53,219 nt of DNA from Bacteroidales bacterium (GTDB lineage Bacteria; Bacteroidota; Bacteroidia; Bacteroidales; UBA1715), in NCBI GenBank assembly GCA_046482735.1, contig JAWOEL010000112.1, positions 1 to 53,219 on the forward strand, written 5' to 3'. A program made the position numbers and the translations under genes. Positions 8,380-17,198 of the stretch are shown one piece after another (position 1 is the first letter of the stretch; every line of letters starts with the position of its first letter). A model generated the notes under the pieces. The model did no database searches and was not told the DNA's origin. It saw nothing but the letters and a program-made list of their open reading frames with translations.

Positions 8380-10899
8380 ATGCAAAAGATTCACATATAT
8401 TATCTGTTTATAATGTGCTGTATTTCAGCTCATAGTCTGGCTCAAGGAAATATATTTTCAGGAGGGTATTACTACTCTGCTTATATCTGCGAAGACAACA
8501 ATCTATACACATGGGGAAGCAATTACTACCAACAAATGTGCAGAGACCAAACAACATGCTCATATTCGAAACCATGCGTAGCAGACAATATTGAAAACAT
8601 CATACTCATTGATGCCGGATATGGAACACATTCGCTCGCACTCACATCACATAAACGAGTTATTTCCTGGGGACAAAACACCTACGGAGAGTTAGGTGCC
8701 GGCTTATTTTGCAATTCGGGTACACCCCAACTATGTGAACGAGTTACTCCCGACACTGTTGTTGGCGGAGAAACAGGAACCACATATGTAACTCAGGTCA
8801 AAAAAATAACCTGCGGACAATATCAATCATATGCTCTACTTGAATCAGGAAAAGTTGTTGCATGGGGAAATAATACCTACGGACAACTTGGTATCGGAAC
8901 AAATATCAATAAATCAGAACCGGTGTACGTTACATTAAAAGATGGAACTCATTTAGATAATATTAGTATGATTGCTGCAGGACTTAATCATATATATGCT
9001 CTTACAAAAACAGGAAATGTATATGCATGGGGAAACAACAACAATTACCAGTTAGCCTGTGGCAAACAAAACTCGCAAGCACATCCACAACTAGTAATTG
9101 ACAAAAACGAAACACCTGTGTCCAACATTACAAAAATATCGGCAGGAGCATCATTTGGATTGCTACTTCGCTCCGATGGCTTTGTTTACGGACTTGGTGC
9201 TTTCAAAGGAAGCCACAGAAATACTGAAAACGACAATATTTATTTACTTAAAAATCATGCAACACTTATATCCGGGGGAGAAACATCTACATATTTTTTA
9301 GAAAATTGTATTGATATTTCTGCTGGATATTCTCATTCTCTTGCAATTATCGAAGAATATGGAGAACAATTAGTACTATCATGGGGCGACAATAAATTTC
9401 CTTCACTAACATCAAACAGAGGTGGTCAACTGGGTATTGGCAATCCTGATATCTCACAAAGCCTCACCCCCAAATATGTATCCGAATCATATACAAATTT
9501 AATTAAAAACCCTACATACATAGATGCCGGAAGTGGTGTTTCATATATTAAAGGAAATACCAGCCCCGAAGAAAAATCATATTTTTACGTAGCAGGAACT
9601 AATGCACAAAACAAACTCGGAACAAACGATGTGTTTGACCAATATTACGCAACCAACATTCACGAATCTTTGTGTTCATCTATGTGTCCGAATATATCTT
9701 TAGGTAATGATACTGACTTTTGTTCTCCATTCGAAGAAATACTTCATTCCGGCTTATCGAAAAAAAATTATGCTTTTAATTGGTACAAAAATGATACACT
9801 TATACAAAACCAAGAAAACGATTCGCTTACAATACATTCTCCAGGCACATATTCTGTCTATATAAGCGATAAAAACGAAATATGTGCAGATCAAAAAAGC
9901 TCCGTTACTATTGGTACAAAAGACAAAAACATTCACATAATTCACAATTCTTTTTGTAATAAAAAACTTCATTTTAAAGTTATCGGTGATGGATATTTCA
10001 GGTGGTTTAACACAAGAAATGGATACTCTATTGGTACGGGAAATACTATTGAAGTATCAAAATATTTTACCGAAGAAATTAGTACTGACAGTATTTACCG
10101 AGTATGGTTACAACATGATGATTGTCAAAAAATACCAATTGAAATAACAAAAAATTGTAACTGTACAGACTCCCCTCCTTTAGCACAAGACACATCGGCC
10201 TGCCTAAACAGAGATTTTTTCGTACGTGCCACCGGAGACAGTGTAATTTGGTATGATAATCGCGACACCTACAGCCCACTGGCAATTGGAAATATATATG
10301 CCCCCACTCACTTGCAAGAAGGCACACATACACTCTACGCAACATCTATCACAAACCGATGCGAAAGCTCTGCAGATTCTATGGTAATAGACGTATCAAA
10401 CTGCACATCGTGGGCAGAGATAAGCGGCACTGTTGCAACACAGGCAAGCATTGTTCCTTATAGTTTAGTATATCTCTATTCTGAATCACACAACACATTT
10501 GTTGATTCGTGCGTAAGCAACCAGCACGGAAAATTCACCCTGTTTATCGACCAGCCAGATTCTATAGCAATACTTGCAACATCTCCCATTTCTCACTATG
10601 CAAATACCTGGATGGGAAACAAAACAGACCAGAATTTTGCACATAATATTTATGCAGACAGTTATATTGGCGGCATAGAAATTATCTTACAAAACAGAGC
10701 TCAAGCAAACTACGCTCAAACAAGCAATCCTAAAAAAATTAAAAGAGTGGAAGTTATTTCTATTCGAGGAATTATTACATACACAGGACTCACAATAGCT
10801 GAATGTATTCAAAAAAACCCACAGAAATTACAATACATTCGCATTATTTACAATGATAACACATATGAATTTCGAACTCTCATCCCTAACCCCAACTAA
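8380..10899 (+). CDS. Secreted RCC1-repeat beta-propeller protein with Ig-like repeats and a CarboxypepD_reg-like domain
   Basis: Signal peptide MQKIHIYYLFIMCCISAHSLAQG. Recurring RCC1 blade motifs (YTWGSNYYQQ, ISWGQNTYGELG, VAWGNNTYGQLG, YAWGNNNNYQLA, LSWGDNKF...GGQLGIG). Cys-bounded Ig-like modules (...GTYSVYISDKNEICADQKSSVTIG; ...GTHTLYATSITNRCESSADSMVIDVSNC). Then ISGTVATQASIVPYSLVYLY...NQHGKFTLFI. Confidence 0.75.
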   Translation: MQKIHIYYLFIMCCISAHSLAQGNIFSGGYYYSAYICEDNNLYTWGSNYYQQMCRDQTTCSYSKPCVADNIENIILIDAGYGTHSLALTSHKRVISWGQNTYGELGAGLFCNSGTPQLCERVTPDTVVGGETGTTYVTQVKKITCGQYQSYALLESGKVVAWGNNTYGQLGIGTNINKSEPVYVTLKDGTHLDNISMIAAGLNHIYALTKTGNVYAWGNNNNYQLACGKQNSQAHPQLVIDKNETPVSNITKISAGASFGLLLRSDGFVYGLGAFKGSHRNTENDNIYLLKNHATLISGGETSTYFLENCIDISAGYSHSLAIIEEYGEQLVLSWGDNKFPSLTSNRGGQLGIGNPDISQSLTPKYVSESYTNLIKNPTYIDAGSGVSYIKGNTSPEEKSYFYVAGTNAQNKLGTNDVFDQYYATNIHESLCSSMCPNISLGNDTDFCSPFEEILHSGLSKKNYAFNWYKNDTLIQNQENDSLTIHSPGTYSVYISDKNEICADQKSSVTIGTKDKNIHIIHNSFCNKKLHFKVIGDGYFRWFNTRNGYSIGTGNTIEVSKYFTEEISTDSIYRVWLQHDDCQKIPIEITKNCNCTDSPPLAQDTSACLNRDFFVRATGDSVIWYDNRDTYSPLAIGNIYAPTHLQEGTHTLYATSITNRCESSADSMVIDVSNCTSWAEISGTVATQASIVPYSLVYLYSESHNTFVDSCVSNQHGKFTLFIDQPDSIAILATSPISHYANTWMGNKTDQNFAHNIYADSYIGGIEIILQNRAQANYAQTSNPKKIKRVEVISIRGIITYTGLTIAECIQKNPQKLQYIRIIYNDNTYEFRTLIPNPN

Positions 10900-11885
10900 T
10901 TTTCTTGCTCAAAACGCGATGATATTTTATATACAAACAACAATACACTTCCCACAAACACAGGCACAGCCATATTAATTAGCCATAAATATAATGTAAC
11001 CTGAAAAACACTCATAGGCACAGCACCAAACAAACCAAACATATATACCGCCACAGAGCCACGCACCCCCAATTCTCCTAAAATAGAACTCGGCACAAAA
11101 GACGCACATACATACGTTATCGTTATGCCAACAACACATTGTATAAAACTCATTTCAGGAACAAACAATGCAAGAAGCAATATGTATTGAAACCCAAACA
11201 CAACATACCGGCTTATACCTAAACCAAAAGCTGCAGAAAGTGTTCGAAAAGAATAAACAGAAAGTGTTCGAATTATTTTTTTATAGAGCCGTATACCCGT
11301 AATTTTCAACAATAATCGATTCCAGACACCTCGTTTAAATAAAACTATTGCCAGAAAAACACCGCAAAACAACAGACAAACACCCGCTATCACATAAGCA
11401 TAAAACTGATCTGTGTGCACAAAAAACAGACTAAACAAACCTAGACCAATAATGCCAAACAATACTGTTACACACAACTGAACAAGCCCCCCGACACTGG
11501 TAGCCACAATAGCCTTTTTTCTACCATATTTCAAGACCACAGCCCTCCCACCAATATCACCTATTCGACTAGGAGTAATAAACCCTATAGCTAATCCCAT
11601 CAACGTACCTTTAAGAGCCCGCAAAAAAGAAATTTTCTGAAACACAGACACCAACACACGCCACTTATAAGCCTCAAGTCCCCAGTTTACAAAAAGCAAC
11701 ACAAAAAGCAACACAAAATATATAATCTCATCCCCTGCAATCGGCTGAAATTCTATTCCCTCCGTTGATGAAACTATAGTAATATATAAATACCACCAAG
11801 CACCTGCGGTAATAAGCAGTTTTAAAACAAACCAAAGAAATTTTGCATACGGTTTATTGTGCAGATGTTGGATATAATTTTTCAT
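10896..11885 (-). CDS. Multi-pass membrane protein, flippase-like / lysylphosphatidylglycerol-synthase TM-region family (UPF0104-like)
   Basis: About 8 hydrophobic spans. The start is placed at MKNYIQHL (11885), which still overlaps the uvrA 3' end by 32 nt. The family call is tentative. Confidence 0.5.
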   Translation of the reverse strand: MKNYIQHLHNKPYAKFLWFVLKLLITAGAWWYLYITIVSSTEGIEFQPIAGDEIIYFVLLFVLLFVNWGLEAYKWRVLVSVFQKISFLRALKGTLMGLAIGFITPSRIGDIGGRAVVLKYGRKKAIVATSVGGLVQLCVTVLFGIIGLGLFSLFFVHTDQFYAYVIAGVCLLFCGVFLAIVLFKRGVWNRLLLKITGIRLYKKIIRTLSVYSFRTLSAAFGLGISRYVVFGFQYILLLALFVPEMSFIQCVVGITITYVCASFVPSSILGELGVRGSVAVYMFGLFGAVPMSVFQVTLYLWLINMAVPVFVGSVLLFVYKISSRFEQEN

Positions 11886-14664
11886 ATAAAAATTTTCCGG
11901 TATATGAATTTTTATTCTGCACCACATCTTCGGGGGTGCCCTGAGTTACAATTTCGCCCCCCAAATCACCACCTTCGGGACCAATATCAATTATCCAATC
12001 TGCACATTTTATTATATCCAAATTATGTTCTATCACAAGCACTGTATGTCCATTTTTCAAGAGTAACCCAAAAGCATCGAGCAAAACCTGTATATCATGA
12101 AAATGAAGCCCCGTAGTCGGTTCATCGAAAATAAATAAACAAGGCTTTTCTCTGGACTCTTTACCAATAAACGAAGCTAATTTTATTCGCTGAGACTCAC
12201 CACCACTAAGCGTACTCGAAGACTGTCCTAACTTTACATAGCCCAAACCAACTTGTTGTAAGGGAGTTAATTTATCAATAATTTTTTTCACAACAAGCGT
12301 TTTCGTATCCTCAGCAAAAAAATCAATAGCCTGATTAACCGTTAAATCTAAAATATCCGATATAGATTTATTACGATAGGTAACTTCAAGCACATTATCC
12401 TTAAACCGTTTACCGCCACACACCTCACAAGTCAATTCCACATCAGCCATAAACTGCATTTCCACTTTGATAGTACCTTCTCCCATACATTCCTCACATC
12501 GACCACCATCAGTATTAAACGAAAAATGAGCAGGTCTGAATCCTTGAAGCTTTGCTAATTTTTGATCGGCAAATAATTTTCTAATATCCTCATATGCTTT
12601 AGAATACGTAACCGGATTGGAACGCGAAGAACGACCTATAGGATTTTGATCGACAAATTCTACAGAAAAAACCTCATTAGTTACCCCGGAAATTGAATCA
12701 AATTCACCCATAGATACCCCGTACTTTCCTAAAGATTTTTGCACAGCTGGGTACAACACTTTATGAATCAAAGATGATTTTCCGGATCCACTTACCCCGG
12801 TAATAGTCGTAAATACTCCTAAAGGAATATCAACAGAAATATTTTTTAAATTATTTTCTCGCACCCCTTTTAAGGATATATATTTGTTAAAATCACGGCG
12901 ATTAGCAGGAACCTCAATATTTCGTTTCCCGGTTAAATAATCGAGCGTGTACGAATTTGTAGCAGAAAAAATATCATCAAAAGCCCCCTGAAACACCAAT
13001 TCACCTCCATTAGCTCCAGCATCGGGACCAATATCCACGAGATAATCAGATGCCCTCATTATTTCCTCATCGTGTTCTACAACCAACACAGTATTCCCGA
13101 TTTTTTGTAATTTTTTCAGCACATCAATAAGCAAATGATTATCGCGTGAATGCAAACCTATTGACGGTTCATCAAGAATATACAACGAACCAACCAAACT
13201 ACTTCCTAATGAAGTAGCTAAATTAATACGTTGAGATTCGCCACCCGAAAGCGTATTAGACAATCTGTTTAATGTTAAATACCCTAAACCTACATTACAT
13301 AAAAAATACAAACGCGATTTAATTTCAATTAAAATTCTACGAGCAATTTTTTCATCATGTTCCGATAACGTCAGTGATTCAAAAAAAGGCAACAAATCAG
13401 AAACCGACACATCAACCAACTCCGGTAATGATTTCCTCTCAATCTTAACATACTCTGCCTCCGGTTTCAGACGTTTACCTTTACACGTAGGACATACAGT
13501 TTTTCCTCGGTATCGAGAAAGCATTACCCGATACTGAATTTTATATAAATTTTGCTCAAGCATAGCAAAAAAACTATGAATCCCCTCAAAATAAGAATTT
13601 CCATTCCATACAATATCTTTTTCTTCTTCCGACAATAAATAATACGGACGATGAATCGGGAAATTAAATTTATGAGCATTTTTTATTAACGCATCTTTCC
13701 ATGTCGACATTTTTTCACCATTCCAGCAAGCTATAGCATTCTCATATATAGATAAATTTTTATTCGGAATCACTAAATTCGGATCTATCCCCATAACTTT
13801 ACCAAACCCCTCACATGTAGGACAAGCACCAATAGGACTATTAAAACTAAACATATGAACAGACGGTGGTTCAAATTCAAGTCCATCCTCTTCCAACTTA
13901 TTAGAATAGCGATATGGCTGAAACGATTTATCGTCCTGCTCTGTCCAGACAACACAGGCTCCATCACCTTCATAAAAAGCTGTTTGAACAGAATCGACCA
14001 ATCTGCTATATTGAGACTCATCTATTGTCAAACGATCTATAAGCAAAAACAAATCATCGCAATAATTATTTGAATTATATTGCACTATAGCATCCTGTAT
14101 ACGCAACACTTTACCACCACACAATATACGGTTGAAACCTTGTTGCATGAAAAGCTCCAGTTTTTTCACATATTCTTTTCGCGACAATGATACCGGAGCA
14201 GTTATATAACATCTGTGTGAAGTATGCAACAAAACATCATCAACAATATCAGTTACAGAATATTGTTTCACCACCTTACCAGAAACCGGAGAAATAATGT
14301 TCCCCACACGAGCATATAATAATTTAAGATAATCATAAATTTCAGTAGAAGTACCAACGGTAGAACGAGGATTTACCGTATTTACTTTTTGCTCAATAGC
14401 TATAGCAGGGGGAATGCCAATAATTTTATCCACTTCGGGTTTTTGAATTTTCCCCAAAAACTGACGTGCATATGAAGAAAGACTTTCTACATAGCGACGT
14501 TGCCCCTCCGCATATAAGGTATCGAAAGCAAATGAGGATTTGCCCGATCCGGACAATCCGGTAACAACCACAAATGAATTACGAGGTATTGTAACATCAA
14601 TGTTTTTTAAATTGTGCACCCGTGCCCCATACACCTCTATATTTTTCTTTATTCCCTTCGTCAT
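11854..14664 (-). CDS. uvrA: Excinuclease ABC subunit A
   Basis: 936 aa. Two ABC modules (Walker A GLSGSGKSS and GVSGSGKSS; LSGGESQR twice) and zinc-finger Cys pairs (CPTCEGFG, CPTCKGKR, CEECMGEG...CEVCGGKR). Confidence 0.97.
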   Translation of the reverse strand: MTKGIKKNIEVYGARVHNLKNIDVTIPRNSFVVVTGLSGSGKSSFAFDTLYAEGQRRYVESLSSYARQFLGKIQKPEVDKIIGIPPAIAIEQKVNTVNPRSTVGTSTEIYDYLKLLYARVGNIISPVSGKVVKQYSVTDIVDDVLLHTSHRCYITAPVSLSRKEYVKKLELFMQQGFNRILCGGKVLRIQDAIVQYNSNNYCDDLFLLIDRLTIDESQYSRLVDSVQTAFYEGDGACVVWTEQDDKSFQPYRYSNKLEEDGLEFEPPSVHMFSFNSPIGACPTCEGFGKVMGIDPNLVIPNKNLSIYENAIACWNGEKMSTWKDALIKNAHKFNFPIHRPYYLLSEEEKDIVWNGNSYFEGIHSFFAMLEQNLYKIQYRVMLSRYRGKTVCPTCKGKRLKPEAEYVKIERKSLPELVDVSVSDLLPFFESLTLSEHDEKIARRILIEIKSRLYFLCNVGLGYLTLNRLSNTLSGGESQRINLATSLGSSLVGSLYILDEPSIGLHSRDNHLLIDVLKKLQKIGNTVLVVEHDEEIMRASDYLVDIGPDAGANGGELVFQGAFDDIFSATNSYTLDYLTGKRNIEVPANRRDFNKYISLKGVRENNLKNISVDIPLGVFTTITGVSGSGKSSLIHKVLYPAVQKSLGKYGVSMGEFDSISGVTNEVFSVEFVDQNPIGRSSRSNPVTYSKAYEDIRKLFADQKLAKLQGFRPAHFSFNTDGGRCEECMGEGTIKVEMQFMADVELTCEVCGGKRFKDNVLEVTYRNKSISDILDLTVNQAIDFFAEDTKTLVVKKIIDKLTPLQQVGLGYVKLGQSSSTLSGGESQRIKLASFIGKESREKPCLFIFDEPTTGLHFHDIQVLLDAFGLLLKNGHTVLVIEHNLDIIKCADWIIDIGPEGGDLGGEIVTQGTPEDVVQNKNSYTGKFLYEKLYPTSAQ

Positions 14665-14850
14665 ACATTCTCATTTTAATAGAAGCCTCAAAATACAGAA
14701 AAATACTAATTTTTTACTCGTTTTTATTGATTTTTTATTAAAAATAATATATATTGCACTTAATTAATTGAATATAATACACACTCAAAAAAAATTGCCT
14801 ATAGAAAACATTTACTTTTCAATAACATACAAATAAAAAATAAAGTTAAT

Positions 14851-15435
14851 ATGGAAAGTTATGTTTCAGACCATGAACTTGTAAAAGAGTTTATACATGG
14901 TAACCCAAAGGCAATGGACACAATTCTATTTCGTCATAAAGACAAGGTATACAATTACATAAAGCAACTTGTTCATGACGAAACAGTAGCCGAAGATTTA
15001 TTTCAAGACACATTTATTAAAGTAATTAAATCGCTTCGAAATGGTAATTACAAAGACGAAGGGCGTCTTATTTCATGGATTATGCGTATAGCTCATAATC
15101 TTGCCATAGATTACCACCGAAAAGGCAAAAAATACAAAGAAGTATCAAACATTCAAGGGGAACAAGATTTATTCAATGATTCCCGCCTTAGTGAAAAAAA
15201 TATTGAAGAACTACTTTCAAAAAAACAAGTAATGGGAGATATCAAAAAACTAATAAAGATACTTCCGTATGAACAACGCTCAATTATTATAATGCGACTA
15301 TATTTAAACATGAGTTTCAAAGAAATAGCAGATCATACACAAGTAAGCATTAATACAGCTTTAGGTCGCATGCGCTATGCTCTTATCAACTTACGAAAAA
15401 CCATAGAAGAGCAAAATGTAACCTTAACGTATTAA
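14851..15435 (+). CDS. RNA polymerase sigma-70 family factor (ECF/SigW-like)
   Basis: Region 2 (AEDLFQDTFIKVIKSL...WIMRIAHNLAIDYHRK) and region 4 (LPYEQRSIIIMRLYLNMSFKEIADHTQVSINTALGRMRYALINLRK). Confidence 0.85.
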   Translation: MESYVSDHELVKEFIHGNPKAMDTILFRHKDKVYNYIKQLVHDETVAEDLFQDTFIKVIKSLRNGNYKDEGRLISWIMRIAHNLAIDYHRKGKKYKEVSNIQGEQDLFNDSRLSEKNIEELLSKKQVMGDIKKLIKILPYEQRSIIIMRLYLNMSFKEIADHTQVSINTALGRMRYALINLRKTIEEQNVTLTY

Positions 15436-15459
15436 TTAAATTTACGAAAAAAAACAAAA

Positions 15460-15492
15460 AAGGCGTACCACAACATGATACGCCTTTTTTTA
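15460..15492. terminator. Bidirectional rho-independent terminator between the sigma gene and rplI
   Basis: Stem GGCGTA (15462-15467) / TACGCC (15479-15484), flanked by an A-run on the left and a T-run on the right. Confidence 0.6.
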
Positions 15493-15516
15493 TGTATATA
15501 ATAATGTTACTTATTA

Positions 15517-15963
15517 TTATTCAGCCACAACTTCAAACGGTACATTAACACTAATCCCTTTGTAAAGAACAACTTTTGCTGTATAGTTACCAAGTTCTTT
15601 TATTGCATTCTCTTTTAAAGCTATTTTTCGTCTATCAACCTCATAGCCTTCTTTAGCAATAGCCTCTGCAATTTGAATAGTATTAACAGAACCAAATATT
15701 TTGCCAGAAGCACTCGCTTTGGCACCTACTGTAAGAGATAACTTTTCAAGATTTTCAGCTAAAGCTATAGCATCTTGTTTTAATTTCTCTTCTTTATGCA
15801 TACGCTGTCTCATAACTTCCGCATGCTGTTTTTTTGCTGATGCACTTGCAAGAATACCATATCCGTATGGTATTAAATAATTACGACCATACCCTGGTTT
15901 TACTGTAACTATCTCATTAGCAAGTCCTAATTTCGGTATATCTTTTTTTAATATAATTTCCAT
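15517..15963 (-). CDS. rplI: 50S ribosomal protein L9
   Basis: MEIILKKDIPKLGLANEIVTVKPGYGRNYLIPYGYG... is the canonical L9 N-terminus. It is the last gene of the rpsF-rpsR-rplI operon. Confidence 0.95.
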   Translation of the reverse strand: MEIILKKDIPKLGLANEIVTVKPGYGRNYLIPYGYGILASASAKKQHAEVMRQRMHKEEKLKQDAIALAENLEKLSLTVGAKASASGKIFGSVNTIQIAEAIAKEGYEVDRRKIALKENAIKELGNYTAKVVLYKGISVNVPFEVVAE

Positions 15964-15970
15964 AATAATC

Positions 15971-16240
15971 TTATTTTAACAAGTCTGTTACATATGGTAA
16001 TAAAGCAAGATGACGAGCACGTTTAATAGCTACAGCCACTTTCTTTTGAAACTTAATTGATGTTCCGGTAATTCTCCGAGGTAAAATTTTCCCTTGTTCG
16101 TTCAGGAATTTTTTTAAAAATACCGGGTCTTTATAATCTACATATTTTATACCACTTCGTCTAAAACGACAATATTTTTTCTTTTTCACCTCAACTGATG
16201 GAGGAGTTAAATATCTGATTTCTGATTGATTCTGAGCCAT
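15971..16240 (-). CDS. rpsR: 30S ribosomal protein S18
   Basis: 89 aa, with ...[18 protein letters not shown]...[31 protein letters not shown]. Confidence 0.95.
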   Translation of the reverse strand: MAQNQSEIRYLTPPSVEVKKKKYCRFRRSGIKYVDYKDPVFLKKFLNEQGKILPRRITGTSIKFQKKVAVAIKRARHLALLPYVTDLLK

Positions 16241-16242
16241 AA

Positions 16243-16593
16243 TTATTCTGTTTTAGCAGGTTCGTTTACTTTATTTCTTTTCTTTTCCGAATATGCTATC
16301 GCATGTTTGTCAAGTTTCACGACCAAATTTCGAATTATTCGCTCATCTCGTTTGTACTGAACAGTTAGTTTATCAATAAAACTACTGTCTGCTTTAAACT
16401 CATAAAGGAAATAAAATCCGGTGTGTTTTTTTTGAATCGGGTATGCTAATTTTTTCAAACCCCATGATTCTTTATTTACAATCTCACCTCCATTTTCCTT
16501 TATAAGCTGATCATATTTCTCTACCGATTCCTTTACCTGAGAATCAGATAAAACGGGAGTTAAAATGAAAACGGTTTCATACTGATTTATCAT
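16243..16593 (-). CDS. rpsF: 30S ribosomal protein S6
   Basis: [20 protein letters not shown]... is a typical S6 N-terminus. The longer track ORF (to 16641) would contain the promoter boxes, so the start at 16593 is preferred. Confidence 0.9.
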   Translation of the reverse strand: MINQYETVFILTPVLSDSQVKESVEKYDQLIKENGGEIVNKESWGLKKLAYPIQKKHTGFYFLYEFKADSSFIDKLTVQYKRDERIIRNLVVKLDKHAIAYSEKKRNKVNEPAKTE

Positions 16594-16638
16594 ACAGCTT
16601 ACAATTTTTAATGAATTATTTATAATTAATTTGAGCCG

Positions 16639-16669
16639 CAAAAATACACTTTTTATTTATACACTCAAA
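16639..16669 (-). promoter_or_regulatory. Bacteroidota-type promoter for rpsF-rpsR-rplI
   Basis: On the minus strand, TTTG (16666-16669), a 19-nt spacer, then TATTTTTG (16639-16646). This matches the published -33 TTTG / -7 TAnnTTTG consensus. Confidence 0.55.
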
Positions 16670-17198
16670 TTTTTTTACTTCTTTTCTCTTCATTACTTTG
16701 CTTAGCTCTCTTATTATAACCGTTTTAATCACATATTTTTTTATCATATACAATTTTATGGACATACTATATATAACTATAATTAATTGCGATCTACTAT
16801 TCTAAACATCTGTGTAATACTTATACTGCAAATAAATACAAAAAACGAAGCTGTATGTGTTTGTGTTTTTACGTAACTCTGTCATACATTCAACAAACCA
16901 AAAACATTCATAACAAAAAGATATAAATTTATCAAATTAGTAATATGTTCAATTACACACACAAATAAAAAGGTATAGTCTAAAAAAAACACACCACTTT
17001 ATTTTACAATACAAAAAATTGATTTTCAACAATATAATAACACACACTGTTTTGTGTCACAAAAAAACATGTTAATATTGTATTATGATTTTATCATTTT
17101 TAAGAAGAATATATTGTATTTTGATAGTGAATGATATATTTTTGCTAAAAAATTGAAATCAATCTTTGATTTTTATATTAAAATAATACATTAATACT

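Noticed and set aside
11854-11885. 32-nt overlap between the uvrA 3' end and the downstream membrane-protein start, as a possible regulatory feature.
   Set aside because: It most likely reflects uncertainty in the downstream start codon, since there is no other in-frame ATG nearby. There is no evidence for anything beyond ordinary gene overlap.
16642-17198. Replication origin in the long AT-rich intergenic region.
   Set aside because: I could not find clustered DnaA-box-like 9-mers (TTATCCACA or its complement). The only near-matches in the window are isolated, at about 338 and about 39975.
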